Shown here: positions 32,483 to 41,927 of the stretch, piece by piece
Position numbering within the stretch: position 1 is the stretch's first letter
How the letters are laid out: each line of letters opens with the position of its first letter
From: a virus
DNA: 64,000 nucleotides
IMG/VR virus record: IMGVR_UViG_3300032092_000004
Coordinates: 32,001 to 96,000 of that record
Direction: 5' to 3' (one strand)
Translations under genes and position numbers: made by a program
The notes under the pieces: model-generated
Databases searched by the model: none
What the model was told of the DNA's origin: nothing
What the model saw: the letters and a program-made list of their open reading frames with translations, nothing else

Positions 32483-33254
32483 GAAACTAATACACTTTTC
32501 AGATTTGCATATCCGTCTTTTTAAAGACCACGATTTGTATAAATCAATTTTGGAAACTGCCATTAAACAATGGATAGAGTTAGAACCTGATCGTATTGTA
32601 TTCACTGGAGACTTAGTTCATTCCAAAAACCAAATGACACCTGAGCTTATTGAGATGGTTAGATGGTTATTAACAGAATGTTCGTTTATTGCGAAAACTA
32701 TCATAATTCCTGGTAATCACGACTTTTTGGTAAACAACACAGAAAGATTGGATGCTCTAACACCGATTATAAGTTCACTTAATAGTAAAAACATTGACTA
32801 TTATAAAGACAGGGGTGTGTATGAGGATGAGAACATAAGTTGGTGTGTGTATTCACAATATCAAGGAAATATTCCGCCTGACATTACCGAATCAAAAGGT
32901 AAAAGAATTGGTTTATTTCACGGACCAATTCAGGGAATGAAAACGGATCTTGGTTTTGACTTTGGTGAAGAGGCTTATGATGTTGAAAAGTTTGATGGAC
33001 TCGAAACTGTTTTGTGTGGGGACATTCATAAAAGACAAGAGTTCAAATTCAAAACAGGTAAAGGTTATATGATTGGAAGTCCGATACAACAAAACATAGG
33101 AGAAAGTATTGGAAGACATGGGTATGGAATATATGATGTTGATACAAAAGAATATTCGTATGTTGATCTACCAAACCCAAAACCATTTTTAAAGTTCTCC
33201 ATAAAGTCATTTGAAGATATTGAAAATGGAACCGAAAAACTCCAAAATATTTAG
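32475..33254 (+). CDS. sbcD: Mre11/SbcD/gp47-like metallophosphoesterase nuclease
   Basis: SDLH, TGDL, GNHD, FHG, GDIH, GSP.QQ..GE. Confidence 0.88.
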   Translation: MIKKLIHFSDLHIRLFKDHDLYKSILETAIKQWIELEPDRIVFTGDLVHSKNQMTPELIEMVRWLLTECSFIAKTIIIPGNHDFLVNNTERLDALTPIISSLNSKNIDYYKDRGVYEDENISWCVYSQYQGNIPPDITESKGKRIGLFHGPIQGMKTDLGFDFGEEAYDVEKFDGLETVLCGDIHKRQEFKFKTGKGYMIGSPIQQNIGESIGRHGYGIYDVDTKEYSYVDLPNPKPFLKFSIKSFEDIENGTEKLQNI

Positions 33255-33885
33255 TAAGGAAATGATGCAGACGGTGTCTGCATTCTGTGAATCCAAAGAA
33301 ATAAAGGATATCGATAACTTCATATACCTATGTTTCAAGCAAGGTTTTGATATTAGGAAGTACGGTCTTTTGGGAAAAACACTTAATGAAGGTGAAAAAC
33401 ACTTAAAAACGGGTGGAACTCAAGAAAAATGGGTGGAAATTGAGGTAATAAAAGAAATACGGGTGGAAGTTCCTGTTGAAGTTATCAAGGAGGTTGAGAA
33501 AATAATCTATACCTCTGACGATACCCAAGTAAATAAACTGTTGTTAAAAATAGAACAGTTAAACGGGGAAATTTCGATTAAGACTTCCGAAATTGACAGA
33601 ATTAGACAAGAATTTTCTACTAAAACTGAAGAAATGGAAAATATTTTCCAAAATAGAATGTCTAAAAAGGATGAAGAATTAGACGAACTTAGACATAATT
33701 TAGACATTCTCGTAACAAATGATAAGGCAAAAATGTTACAAGAAACACTCCAAAACTTGAGAAGTGAGTTACAACAAAAGAACGAACAAATAAGAGAATT
33801 GGAAAAAATAAACCGAGAACTTCTTAATGGTAGTCAAAATCAAGCTTACCTTTTGAGGGGATCAAACTTAAATAGACGAGTATGA
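33226..33885 (+). CDS. Coiled-coil protein with EVPVEVIKE motif
   Basis: Probable ATG at 33226; heptad-rich C-terminal half. Confidence 0.6.
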   Translation: MEPKNSKIFSKEMMQTVSAFCESKEIKDIDNFIYLCFKQGFDIRKYGLLGKTLNEGEKHLKTGGTQEKWVEIEVIKEIRVEVPVEVIKEVEKIIYTSDDTQVNKLLLKIEQLNGEISIKTSEIDRIRQEFSTKTEEMENIFQNRMSKKDEELDELRHNLDILVTNDKAKMLQETLQNLRSELQQKNEQIRELEKINRELLNGSQNQAYLLRGSNLNRRV

Positions 33886-34235
33886 TAGTTTTAATGTGGA
33901 TGATCGCAGCTTACGGTATGACCAATATTTTGGTTTACGGATCAATCTTTAACGGATTAAGAAATTGGATCCATAACAACGCACAACCAAACGTGAGTTG
34001 GTTTTTTAGACCAGTATTTGAATTCATTTCAAGTTTAATAAAATGTGTTTTATGTACATCAACATGGGTGGGATTCTTCTTATCCTTAACATTGTTTGCA
34101 CCTTGGCACGAAATAATTGGACTTAACAAATATATTTCTATATTTTTTGATGGAATGTTGTCTGCAGGTGCTGTATGGGCAATTAATAGTGTAATCGAAT
34201 GGTTCGAAGAAAATAGACCAAATAATAATAATTAA
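33882..34235 (+). CDS. Membrane protein, DUF1360-like
   Basis: Hydrophobic helices and CVLCTSTW (CxxCxxxW). Confidence 0.6.
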   Translation: MIVLMWMIAAYGMTNILVYGSIFNGLRNWIHNNAQPNVSWFFRPVFEFISSLIKCVLCTSTWVGFFLSLTLFAPWHEIIGLNKYISIFFDGMLSAGAVWAINSVIEWFEENRPNNNN

Positions 34236-34246
34236 CAAAAAGTAAA

Positions 34247-34531
34247 ATGGGAAAAGCGGCAAAAGAACACAGAAAGAAAGTTGCAAAACGAAATGTAAAA
34301 ATTAAACAAGAAAAGGCTGGTATGCAAAAAGCTTTTGATTTATTATTACAAGAACAATTGGAAAAATTAAAAAATGATGAAATGACCGCAACGGTTGGAG
34401 ATCAAGAAGTTAAAATGGAAATTGTTGAAGATAAAATAGTTGACCACGGATTTAGATTTACACCAAACGAAGAAGAGTCCGCAAAAATCAACAAAGAATT
34501 TGAAGAAGTAACGACAGAAGATGAAAAATAA
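34247..34531 (+). CDS. Hypothetical protein, basic N-terminus and acidic C-terminus
   Basis: MGKAAKEHRKKVAKRN. Confidence 0.6.
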   Translation: MGKAAKEHRKKVAKRNVKIKQEKAGMQKAFDLLLQEQLEKLKNDEMTATVGDQEVKMEIVEDKIVDHGFRFTPNEEESAKINKEFEEVTTEDEK

Positions 34532-34533
34532 TA

Positions 34534-36906
34534 ATGGATCTTTTTAATCCACCAAAATTATACAATTACGAAATTATGATAAAAGATTTGGACTTTTCTA
34601 TGTTTGAAAACCCAATTATACAAGTTGTATGGGAAGATTTACCAGAAAACTTTACACAAGATAAACTTAAAAGTGTAAAACATTACTTCTCAAAAAAGTA
34701 TAACACAACCAACGTTAATGTCTTAACAAAGGCAAAAAACGTTGAAACTGAAATAACACAAAGTATTGATGTGTCGGTAAATATTAACGATGCTCAATAC
34801 CAACTTGAACTAATTACCAATTATCTAAAGTCAAAAGGACATGAAGATAAGAGTGAAGATGTATTGGCTATTAATAAAATGGTTGAAAATAGAATGTCTG
34901 GTGATGAAGAAAACCAAGCACAATTTAAAAAGTGGTATATTCGAAACATTGAGTTCTCAAACTTTTTATCATATGGTGAAAATCAAAGATTGGACTTTGA
35001 TAAGTTAAATGGAATTGTGGTGGTTGAGTCTGATCCACCAAACTTTGGGGGGAAAACGGTTCTTACCGTTGACCTCCTAATGTTTTTATTCTTTAATGAA
35101 ACAACAAAGACAACCAAAGCCGAGGAGATATTTAATCGATTTTCAAACAAAGATAAAGTTCACGTTAAGGGTGAAATTACTATCGATGGTGAGGATTACG
35201 TTATTATAAGAAACATTGAAAGAAAGTTATCTAAAAAAGGTGATTGGAACGTTAAAACAGAATTGGACTTCTTCAAAAAATTATCGGACGGTACCTTATT
35301 AAATTTTACTGGAGAACAAAGAAGAGAAACGGAAGCCTTCATTAAGAATTCAATTGGAACTAAAGAGGACTTCTTAATGACAATTCTAACAACAGGATCA
35401 AATCTTGAAGAGCTGTTAGAGTCAAAACCAACGGCACGAGGTCAGGTCTTGTCTCGTTTTATGGGACTTGAGTTTTTGAAAAGAAAAGAAGAAGTTGCAA
35501 AAGAAATCTATTCGGAGTTTTCAAAACAAAAGATTTCCAACATTTATTCATCAGAACAATTAAAAAGTGATATTGAAACACATCAAAACTCAATTTCTGA
35601 ATTACAAAATCAAATTAAGGAAAGTAAAGAAAAATTAGTTGAGGTTGATGATGCAATAACAAAAGGTAAAACATATCGTGATGATATGTTAAAGAAAAAA
35701 CACACAAACATTGATCAAGAATTGAGTTTGTTAAACCCTGAAAAAACCAAAGATGAAATTAAAGAAATTGAACGTGAGAAATCGGGATATCTTACAAAAA
35801 TATCCGAAATCAAAGTTGTTGAACCTTCTAAATTCTATGAAGAAGACATCCACGACAAGGTTAAAGAGGAGATCGGATTACTTTACAAAGATATCGTACA
35901 AGTTGATACAGAAATTGCGTCAATCAATAAACTAAAGTCTTCAGTTGAAGGTGGGATCAAATGTGAACACTGTGGAATTGAGTTGATGAACGCGGCAATT
36001 ACTAATGCAAAAATTGCAGAACTTGACGGATATACCCAACAGAAAACTCAAAAAGATGGGTTAATGCAGGAATTAACCATCAAAGAACAAAGTTTTGTAC
36101 AACTCAAAAAAGAGTTTGATGAATATGAGAAAAACAAGTTGGTTAAAGAAAAGTATGAGATTTCGGTTGAAAGTTGTGACCTTAAGATTGGTTCGTTAAA
36201 TGACAAGATCAAAAGGTGGGAGGAAATCCAAGATAAAATCCAAGAAAATCAAAAAATTGAATCTCAGTTAATAAAGGCCGATGTGAGATTAGATGAGTTG
36301 GAAAATCAAAGAAGAACAATTAATAATTCAATCACAACAAACGAGGGATCAATCAAATCTATCGAAGAAAAGATTGATACCAACCAAAAGAAAATTGTTA
36401 CAATTAAAGAGGAAGAAGAGAAGGAAAAGATATATAAGATCTACTTGGAACTTTACGGTAAGAATGGAATATCAAAAATGATTATGAAAACAATGATGCC
36501 ACTAATCAATTCTGAATTACAAAGATTGATGGAAGATTCATGTTATTTCAAATTGGAAATTCGTATTAATGACAAGAATGAGGTTGAATTTATCATGACT
36601 GACAATGCAACTGGTGTTGAAAAATTAATGACTTCAGGATCAGGTTTTGAAAAAACAATTTCTTCTTTGGCTTTGAGATCGGTCCTTACTAAAATTGCAA
36701 GTTTACCTAAACCAAATCTTGTTGTTCTTGATGAGGTGTTTGGAAAAATTGCCAATGACAACTTAGAGATGGTTTATGAATTCTTCACAAAAATTAAAGA
36801 TTATTTTGAAAAGATTTTTGTAATAAGTCACAACTCAATAGTGTCAACTTGGGGTGATCATGTTGTAAAAATTAAGAAGGAAAACAATTTGTCAAAAGTT
36901 TTATAG
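34534..36906 (+). CDS. sbcC: Rad50/SbcC/gp46-like SMC ATPase
   Basis: FSNFLSYG, NFGGKT (Walker A), CEHC hook, SGFE signature, LDEVFG (Walker B), ISH. Confidence 0.9.
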   Translation: MDLFNPPKLYNYEIMIKDLDFSMFENPIIQVVWEDLPENFTQDKLKSVKHYFSKKYNTTNVNVLTKAKNVETEITQSIDVSVNINDAQYQLELITNYLKSKGHEDKSEDVLAINKMVENRMSGDEENQAQFKKWYIRNIEFSNFLSYGENQRLDFDKLNGIVVVESDPPNFGGKTVLTVDLLMFLFFNETTKTTKAEEIFNRFSNKDKVHVKGEITIDGEDYVIIRNIERKLSKKGDWNVKTELDFFKKLSDGTLLNFTGEQRRETEAFIKNSIGTKEDFLMTILTTGSNLEELLESKPTARGQVLSRFMGLEFLKRKEEVAKEIYSEFSKQKISNIYSSEQLKSDIETHQNSISELQNQIKESKEKLVEVDDAITKGKTYRDDMLKKKHTNIDQELSLLNPEKTKDEIKEIEREKSGYLTKISEIKVVEPSKFYEEDIHDKVKEEIGLLYKDIVQVDTEIASINKLKSSVEGGIKCEHCGIELMNAAITNAKIAELDGYTQQKTQKDGLMQELTIKEQSFVQLKKEFDEYEKNKLVKEKYEISVESCDLKIGSLNDKIKRWEEIQDKIQENQKIESQLIKADVRLDELENQRRTINNSITTNEGSIKSIEEKIDTNQKKIVTIKEEEEKEKIYKIYLELYGKNGISKMIMKTMMPLINSELQRLMEDSCYFKLEIRINDKNEVEFIMTDNATGVEKLMTSGSGFEKTISSLALRSVLTKIASLPKPNLVVLDEVFGKIANDNLEMVYEFFTKIKDYFEKIFVISHNSIVSTWGDHVVKIKKENNLSKVL

Positions 36907-36936
36907 GATTTTTAAAACTAATTAGAATTTTATCAG

Positions 36937-36944
36937 TATATTTG
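36937..36944 (+). promoter_or_regulatory. Bacteroidota-type -7 promoter element (TAnnTTTG)
   Basis: TATATTTG 21 nt upstream of the 36966 ATG. Confidence 0.5.
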
Positions 36945-36965
36945 TAGAACAATTAAAACACACAA

Positions 36966-37490
36966 ATGAACTACTTACTTTTTGTTTATTATAATTCTGA
37001 GGTAGAAAACTCAGAAGAAAAAACACAAGAAATCGGAACACAACTTGCAGAACACATGACTAGTGGTCAGGTTAAATTTATGTATGGTGATCAACACGCA
37101 ATCTTTCATTTTGGGTGTAAAAGTGATTTCCAAGACGTATCTGATGTGGTATTTTTTATTTCCGAAGAAATACCGGGATTTGAATACCTTTTAACAAAAA
37201 AGGGTAGAGATTACAGTTCAAACTTTGATGAAGACAACCTTGGGCACTTAATGTCGTTAAAGAACACCACACCGAAGAAACATAAACCTGCAGCACCAAA
37301 GTTAAGAACAAACGATATTAAAGATGGAGAACCATTTTTGGATCTATCAAAACTTTTTTTAAATTTAAAAAGAAAAGAGGTTTGTAACCTAACGTTAGAT
37401 GAGTTATTGGATAAGATCGGTAACGAAGGTATCGAGTCATTGTCAGACTTAGAAAGACAAAAATTAGACGAATATTCAAAATCATTTTAA
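36966..37490 (+). CDS. Hypothetical protein with C-terminal DUF6576-like motif
   Basis: LDELLDKIGNEGIESLSDLERQKL. Confidence 0.6.
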   Translation: MNYLLFVYYNSEVENSEEKTQEIGTQLAEHMTSGQVKFMYGDQHAIFHFGCKSDFQDVSDVVFFISEEIPGFEYLLTKKGRDYSSNFDEDNLGHLMSLKNTTPKKHKPAAPKLRTNDIKDGEPFLDLSKLFLNLKRKEVCNLTLDELLDKIGNEGIESLSDLERQKLDEYSKSF

Positions 37491-37499
37491 CAAACATAT

Positions 37500-38300
37500 A
37501 TGAAGGACAAAAACACAAGTGCCCCTATCAATCAGGACGAAATTTACCACTACCTTAAAGACATTAGAAAAATTAAGGTAATGACCGCAGAACGCGAACG
37601 TCATTTGGCAACACGAATGAAATCTAATGATCTAACGTTGATTGAAAAACAACAAATCGAACAAGAGTTGTTAACAGGAAATCTACGTTTTGTGATAACC
37701 GTGGCAAAACAATACCAAAATCAAGGTTTAGATTTATCGGATCTTATCGCTGAAGGTAATTTTGGTTTGATGAAAGCGATTAAGAACTTTGATTGGAATA
37801 AAGATTTACGATTTATTTCTTATGCTGTTTGGTGGGTCAAACAATCGATTATCCAATCTTTGAACGATAATTCAAGAACAATCCGACTACCGGTGAATGT
37901 TGTTCAGGATTTACAAAAAGCCAAAAAAGAATTGGAACAAACGGGCAAAAAACTTGATGATAAATTCCAAACTTTACCATCTATTATAGATTTGGATATG
38001 AATATCAATGAAGACGGTGATACTCTAATAGATATGATTGAGAATAAAGATGCTGTTGCACCTGACGCTAGTTTTTACACAAAAGACATATTAAAAGATA
38101 AGTTGATGAGACTTTTAGATGTTTTGGATGAAAGAGAAAAAGTCATTGTTGGGGATTATTTTGGGTTAACAGGAACACCAAGAACGTTGGAAGATATTGG
38201 ATCTGATTTTGGTTTAACTAAAGAACGTGTTCGTCAGATTAAAGAAAAGGCTCTTCGTAGACTTAGAAATGATTCTTCAGAGTTATTTGATTATTTATAA
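37500..38300 (+). CDS. Phage-encoded sigma70 (RpoD/Bacteroidota sigmaA-like, no region 1.1)
   Basis: YLKDI, NLRFVITVAKQY, DLIAEGN.GL.KA, FISYAVWW, RTIRLP, TLEDIG..LTKERVRQI. Confidence 0.93.
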   Translation: MKDKNTSAPINQDEIYHYLKDIRKIKVMTAERERHLATRMKSNDLTLIEKQQIEQELLTGNLRFVITVAKQYQNQGLDLSDLIAEGNFGLMKAIKNFDWNKDLRFISYAVWWVKQSIIQSLNDNSRTIRLPVNVVQDLQKAKKELEQTGKKLDDKFQTLPSIIDLDMNINEDGDTLIDMIENKDAVAPDASFYTKDILKDKLMRLLDVLDEREKVIVGDYFGLTGTPRTLEDIGSDFGLTKERVRQIKEKALRRLRNDSSELFDYL

Positions 38301-38301
38301 A

Positions 38302-38430
38302 ATGGGTTGAACCGAGATTACCCATACAACTCGGCAGAAGGTGCCTGAAGTCACCAAGGTGAAACTCCTCAATTCTATCTATACGGTAGAATGAAATTAC
38401 ACTCCCCCATCGGCGCCGGTGGGGGTTTTA
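38302..38430 (+). ncRNA. Candidate structured ncRNA (pseudoknot + two hairpins + terminator)
   Basis: ATGGGT/ACCCAT stem with loop CCGAG pairing to CTCGG; TCAC-CAAG-GTGA; ATTCTATC/GGTAGAAT; GC-rich island in AT-rich DNA. Confidence 0.45.
38404..38430 (+). terminator. Intrinsic terminator
   Basis: CCCCCATCGG-CG-CCGGTGGGGG followed by TTTT. Confidence 0.85.
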
Positions 38431-38498
38431 TTGTTTTATAGGGTTTATAATTATCAATCATTTGATTATTTTGATATTTATCAAACAAAACAAATTAA

Positions 38499-39734
38499 AT
38501 GAATAAAAAATTTTTACCCTGGTTTTTACTGTTTTGCGCATTAGGATTGTCAGGGACCGCAGCGTATTATAGTGTAATAGGTTTATCAATAATTTTTTCG
38601 GCGGTGGCAATTCCTGTCATCATAATGGGAACATTTTTGGAAATCTCTAAATTAGCAATTGCAACCTACCTTCACGATAAATGGAAAGAAACTTACGGGA
38701 TATTGAAAATATATCTAACAACCGCACTTGTGGTCCTGTCAGTACTTACTTCCATAGGAATATACGGGTTACTTTCAACGGGATTTCAAAAAAATATTGC
38801 AGGTCTTGAGATAAACAATAAAGTGATTGAAAATATTGAAGTTAAAAAAGATAGGTTCGAAGAAATTAAAACTGACTATCAAAAAGAAAAAGGTGTATTA
38901 GACAAAGACATCACCAATCTTAGAAACGCACTATCAACCAACACAACTACCCAATCAATAGATAGAACGACAGGACAAGTCGTTACAAGAGCAAATGGGG
39001 GTAATAGAAAGGCATTTGAATCCCAATTAAAAGTAGCACAAGAGAATAGAGACGGGATCTCCAAGAAAATTGAGTCACTTAACGATAGTATTACTAGATT
39101 AGATTTAGAAATATTAGATCTTGCATCATCTGAAATTGAATCAGGTGAGTTAGGGGCTATTAAATATTTAAGTGAGATTACAGGATGGGATGTTAAAAAA
39201 ACAGCAAACTTCTTTATTTTAACTTTAATATTTGTATTTGACCCTTTGGCAATTGCTTTGGTTATTTCTACAAACCAAGCTTTTAAAATTTATGGAAGAA
39301 AAGAAGAGGACGAAGACAAGGTTGAAGATGAATATCCTTTTTATGGTGAGGTGGAAATTCCTGAAAGTTATTTTGGTAATTCTACCCCCCAAGTCACCCC
39401 CCAAGTCGAACCTGAAATTATTGAAAGAATTGTTGAGGTTCCTGTTGAAGTTATTAAGGAAGTTGAAAAAATTGTTGAGGTTCCTGTTGAAGTTATAAGG
39501 GAGTTTCCTGTTGAAGTTATAAGGGAGGTTCCTGTTGATAGATTGGTTGAGGTTGTAAGGGAGGTTCCTGTTGAAGTGATAAAAGAAATTGAGGTTCCTG
39601 TTGAAATCCCATTCAAATATTATGTAAACGATAATGGTCAAATATTTGATGATCAGGGAAATGAAGTAGAGGAAAGGTTATTTAATAAAAAGTTAGAGGA
39701 GATTGAAAAGAGGGTTTTAAAATATCAAAAATAA
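38499..39734 (+). CDS. Membrane-anchored coiled-coil protein (DUF4407-like) with VEVPVEVIKE repeats
   Basis: Three N-terminal TM helices, coiled coil, IFVFDPLAIAL TM helix, repeat tail. Confidence 0.7.
   Translation: MNKKFLPWFLLFCALGLSGTAAYYSVIGLSIIFSAVAIPVIIMGTFLEISKLAIATYLHDKWKETYGILKIYLTTALVVLSVLTSIGIYGLLSTGFQKNIAGLEINNKVIENIEVKKDRFEEIKTDYQKEKGVLDKDITNLRNALSTNTTTQSIDRTTGQVVTRANGGNRKAFESQLKVAQENRDGISKKIESLNDSITRLDLEILDLASSEIESGELGAIKYLSEITGWDVKKTANFFILTLIFVFDPLAIALVISTNQAFKIYGRKEEDEDKVEDEYPFYGEVEIPESYFGNSTPQVTPQVEPEIIERIVEVPVEVIKEVEKIVEVPVEVIREFPVEVIREVPVDRLVEVVREVPVEVIKEIEVPVEIPFKYYVNDNGQIFDDQGNEVEERLFNKKLEEIEKRVLKYQK
39432..39606 (+). repeat. Imperfect tandem repeat GAGGTTCCTGTTGAAGT encoding EVPVEV(I/V)(K/R)E
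   Basis: About six copies visible. Confidence 0.85.
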
Positions 39735-39737
39735 TAT

Positions 39738-40331
39738 ATGGAAATAATTGAAAATTTAATCCAAACAAATTTTAAAAAAGAAGATAAAAAAAATCAAATA
39801 GTTCTTTGTCACACGTCAAGAACTCTTTTTGATTACATGGTATCTATAAAGTTTAGATTTGGAGGGAAACCGATTAGATTACCACACTACATTATTAGTA
39901 GAGACGGTAGGATTTTACAGTTATTAGATGAAAAACTAAATGGGTATTTTACCAATAACGATAGAATAAATTCCAAATCAATTGTAGTTTGTTTGGAAAA
40001 CTTGGGATGGTTAGAAAAAGAACCATTAAAACATCATCACATTAATTGGATTGGTAATATTTATAAAGAGAAAGTTTTTGATCGTAAGTGGAGAGATTAT
40101 TTTTTTTGGCACCCATACACTGACATACAAGTTGAAAAAACCGCAGAGTTGTGTTTAGAGTTAACAAAAAAACATAAAATTGAAAAAAACTTTATTGGAC
40201 ATAACACCAAGGTAAAAGGTGTTGAGTCTTTTATTGGAATTATTACGAGATCAAACTTCGATGAATTTGCGACGGACTTAAGTCCAGCATTTGATTTTGA
40301 AAAATTTAATAAATTATTGAATGATGAGTAA
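39738..40331 (+). CDS. N-acetylmuramoyl-L-alanine amidase (Amidase_2), putative endolysin
   Basis: IVLCHT, HYIISRDGRILQL, NSKSIVVCLE, YTDIQ, IGHN. Confidence 0.75.
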   Translation: MEIIENLIQTNFKKEDKKNQIVLCHTSRTLFDYMVSIKFRFGGKPIRLPHYIISRDGRILQLLDEKLNGYFTNNDRINSKSIVVCLENLGWLEKEPLKHHHINWIGNIYKEKVFDRKWRDYFFWHPYTDIQVEKTAELCLELTKKHKIEKNFIGHNTKVKGVESFIGIITRSNFDEFATDLSPAFDFEKFNKLLNDE

Positions 40332-40914
40332 TTACGATGAAATAAAAAATTTGATTAAAGCTTCAAGAAATGCTTTTAATACAAATTTAAATGAAGATAC
40401 CCAACTTATTAAAAAACAATATGGGTTATTAACAGAACAAACAGTTGAAAAAGAAGAAGAGGTTGTTAAAGATGAAAATCAAATGTTCCAAAAGGAGAAA
40501 AAAGATTCTGATGAAATTGGAACCCAAAGAGACAAACAAAAGGCTTTTAGAATATTAGCTAACATCATCGTTCTTCATGGTAAAACAAAGGCAGATCTAC
40601 AATTAACCACAGATGAAAAAAACGCATTTACCTCAAGTGTTGATGAGTTTAGAACTGATGTTGCAGAATTAGTTGAATTTGGTAGACTTAATGTTTTCCC
40701 GAATAATGTTGAGTGGTCAGGAAAAATATTAGAAAATGACATCGAGTTTTTCTACACGATCAACGAACCGAATGGTATATATATTAATGGTCAAATGATT
40801 AAAATTGATCAAGATTATTTGGAAACGATTAATAAGTTACAGGCTTATTATGAGAAATTTAAAAATAAATGGAGTAAAATTGTCGCAACAAGACAAGAAG
40901 ATGTTGAAAAATGA
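40324..40914 (+). CDS. Hypothetical protein, possibly head-associated
   Basis: LNE/LTEQ-containing N-terminus. Confidence 0.55.
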   Translation: MSNYDEIKNLIKASRNAFNTNLNEDTQLIKKQYGLLTEQTVEKEEEVVKDENQMFQKEKKDSDEIGTQRDKQKAFRILANIIVLHGKTKADLQLTTDEKNAFTSSVDEFRTDVAELVEFGRLNVFPNNVEWSGKILENDIEFFYTINEPNGIYINGQMIKIDQDYLETINKLQAYYEKFKNKWSKIVATRQEDVEK

Positions 40915-41264
40915 AAGAGTTTTTAATTAAAAATTGGAAAAATATTATTCTTGGTATATTAGGAATAATATTTATATATCTATTAGTCAGAGTTTTTACA
41001 CCAACACCTGACATGTCCGAACTTAACAAATATAAGTTAGAACAAATTGATAAACATATCAACGAGATGAAAACCATTCAAAAAAGTCTAAGTGACTCGA
41101 TTCAGGTTTATCAAAATAAAATTGACGAGATCGATGATAAAATCTCACACATAAAAGTTGAAAAAAAAGAAGTGAATAACTTTTACACTCAAAAAAGAGA
41201 AGAGATAAAAAACGCAGACAAGAAACAAATCGATAGTCTGTTAAGAAGTAGATATAATTTTTAA
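40911..41264 (+). CDS. N-terminal TM + coiled coil, i-spanin-like
   Basis: IILGILGIIFIYLLV followed by heptads; near the amidase. Confidence 0.5.
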   Translation: MKEFLIKNWKNIILGILGIIFIYLLVRVFTPTPDMSELNKYKLEQIDKHINEMKTIQKSLSDSIQVYQNKIDEIDDKISHIKVEKKEVNNFYTQKREEIKNADKKQIDSLLRSRYNF

Positions 41265-41265
41265 C

Positions 41266-41682
41266 ATGAAAAAGCTAATATTTTTAATTTCATTTGTATT
41301 TGTTAGTTTCATATCTGAAGCTCAAATAAAAAAACCTGTTGATACAACCCAAATGTGTATTCCTTACGATGTCGCACAAAAAATGTTATTAGAACTTAAT
41401 GATTACGACAGATTAAAAGAATTATCAAAACTGGATAAGAAAGAAATCACTGAACTTAATAATAAAATAGGTTTACTAGAAAAAACAAATAACGCTTGGG
41501 AAGTTAAAGATTCTTTAAGTGGACAGATAATTTTACAAACAGAGGAGAAAGTAAAAATTTACAAAGAAGAAAATGAAAATTTAAACAAGGAATTAAAAAG
41601 ACTCAAAACGAAAAATACACTATTTAATATTATAGCAGGAGCAATTGTTGCTCCATTAACATATATTGCAGTTTTTAAATAA
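41266..41682 (+). CDS. Signal peptide + coiled coil + C-terminal hydrophobic tail, spanin-like partner
   Basis: MKKLIFLISFVFVSFISEAQ; IIAGAIVAPLTYIAVFK. Confidence 0.45.
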   Translation: MKKLIFLISFVFVSFISEAQIKKPVDTTQMCIPYDVAQKMLLELNDYDRLKELSKLDKKEITELNNKIGLLEKTNNAWEVKDSLSGQIILQTEEKVKIYKEENENLNKELKRLKTKNTLFNIIAGAIVAPLTYIAVFK

Positions 41683-41927
41683 TGGCTCTTACATCCTCAG
41701 ATAAAAAAGAAATTGAAGTAATGATTAGAAAAGAGATCAAAGATTTCTTTAATTCTAACACCGCAAAACAATTTGAGGATAAGTTGATTGATAAAATCTC
41801 CAAAGAAATGCAAAAGGGAGGTCTTAAAAAAGACGTTAAAGAAATCGTCATAAAATCATTCCAAGAATACTTTCAGACGATGTATCAACAAAGATATTAT
41901 TGGGAGTCAAAATTTAGAAGCATATAA
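41682..41927 (+). CDS. Hypothetical protein
   Basis: 81 aa coupled ORF. Confidence 0.55.
   Translation: MALTSSDKKEIEVMIRKEIKDFFNSNTAKQFEDKLIDKISKEMQKGGLKKDVKEIVIKSFQEYFQTMYQQRYYWESKFRSI

Noticed and set aside
38345-38366. Hammerhead-like CTGAAG...GAAA
   Set aside because: A9 is replaced by T, the stem II register does not fit, and no stem I/III could be built.
39432-39606. CRISPR-like repeat array
   Set aside because: The repeats are in-frame, degenerate, coding and lack unique spacers.
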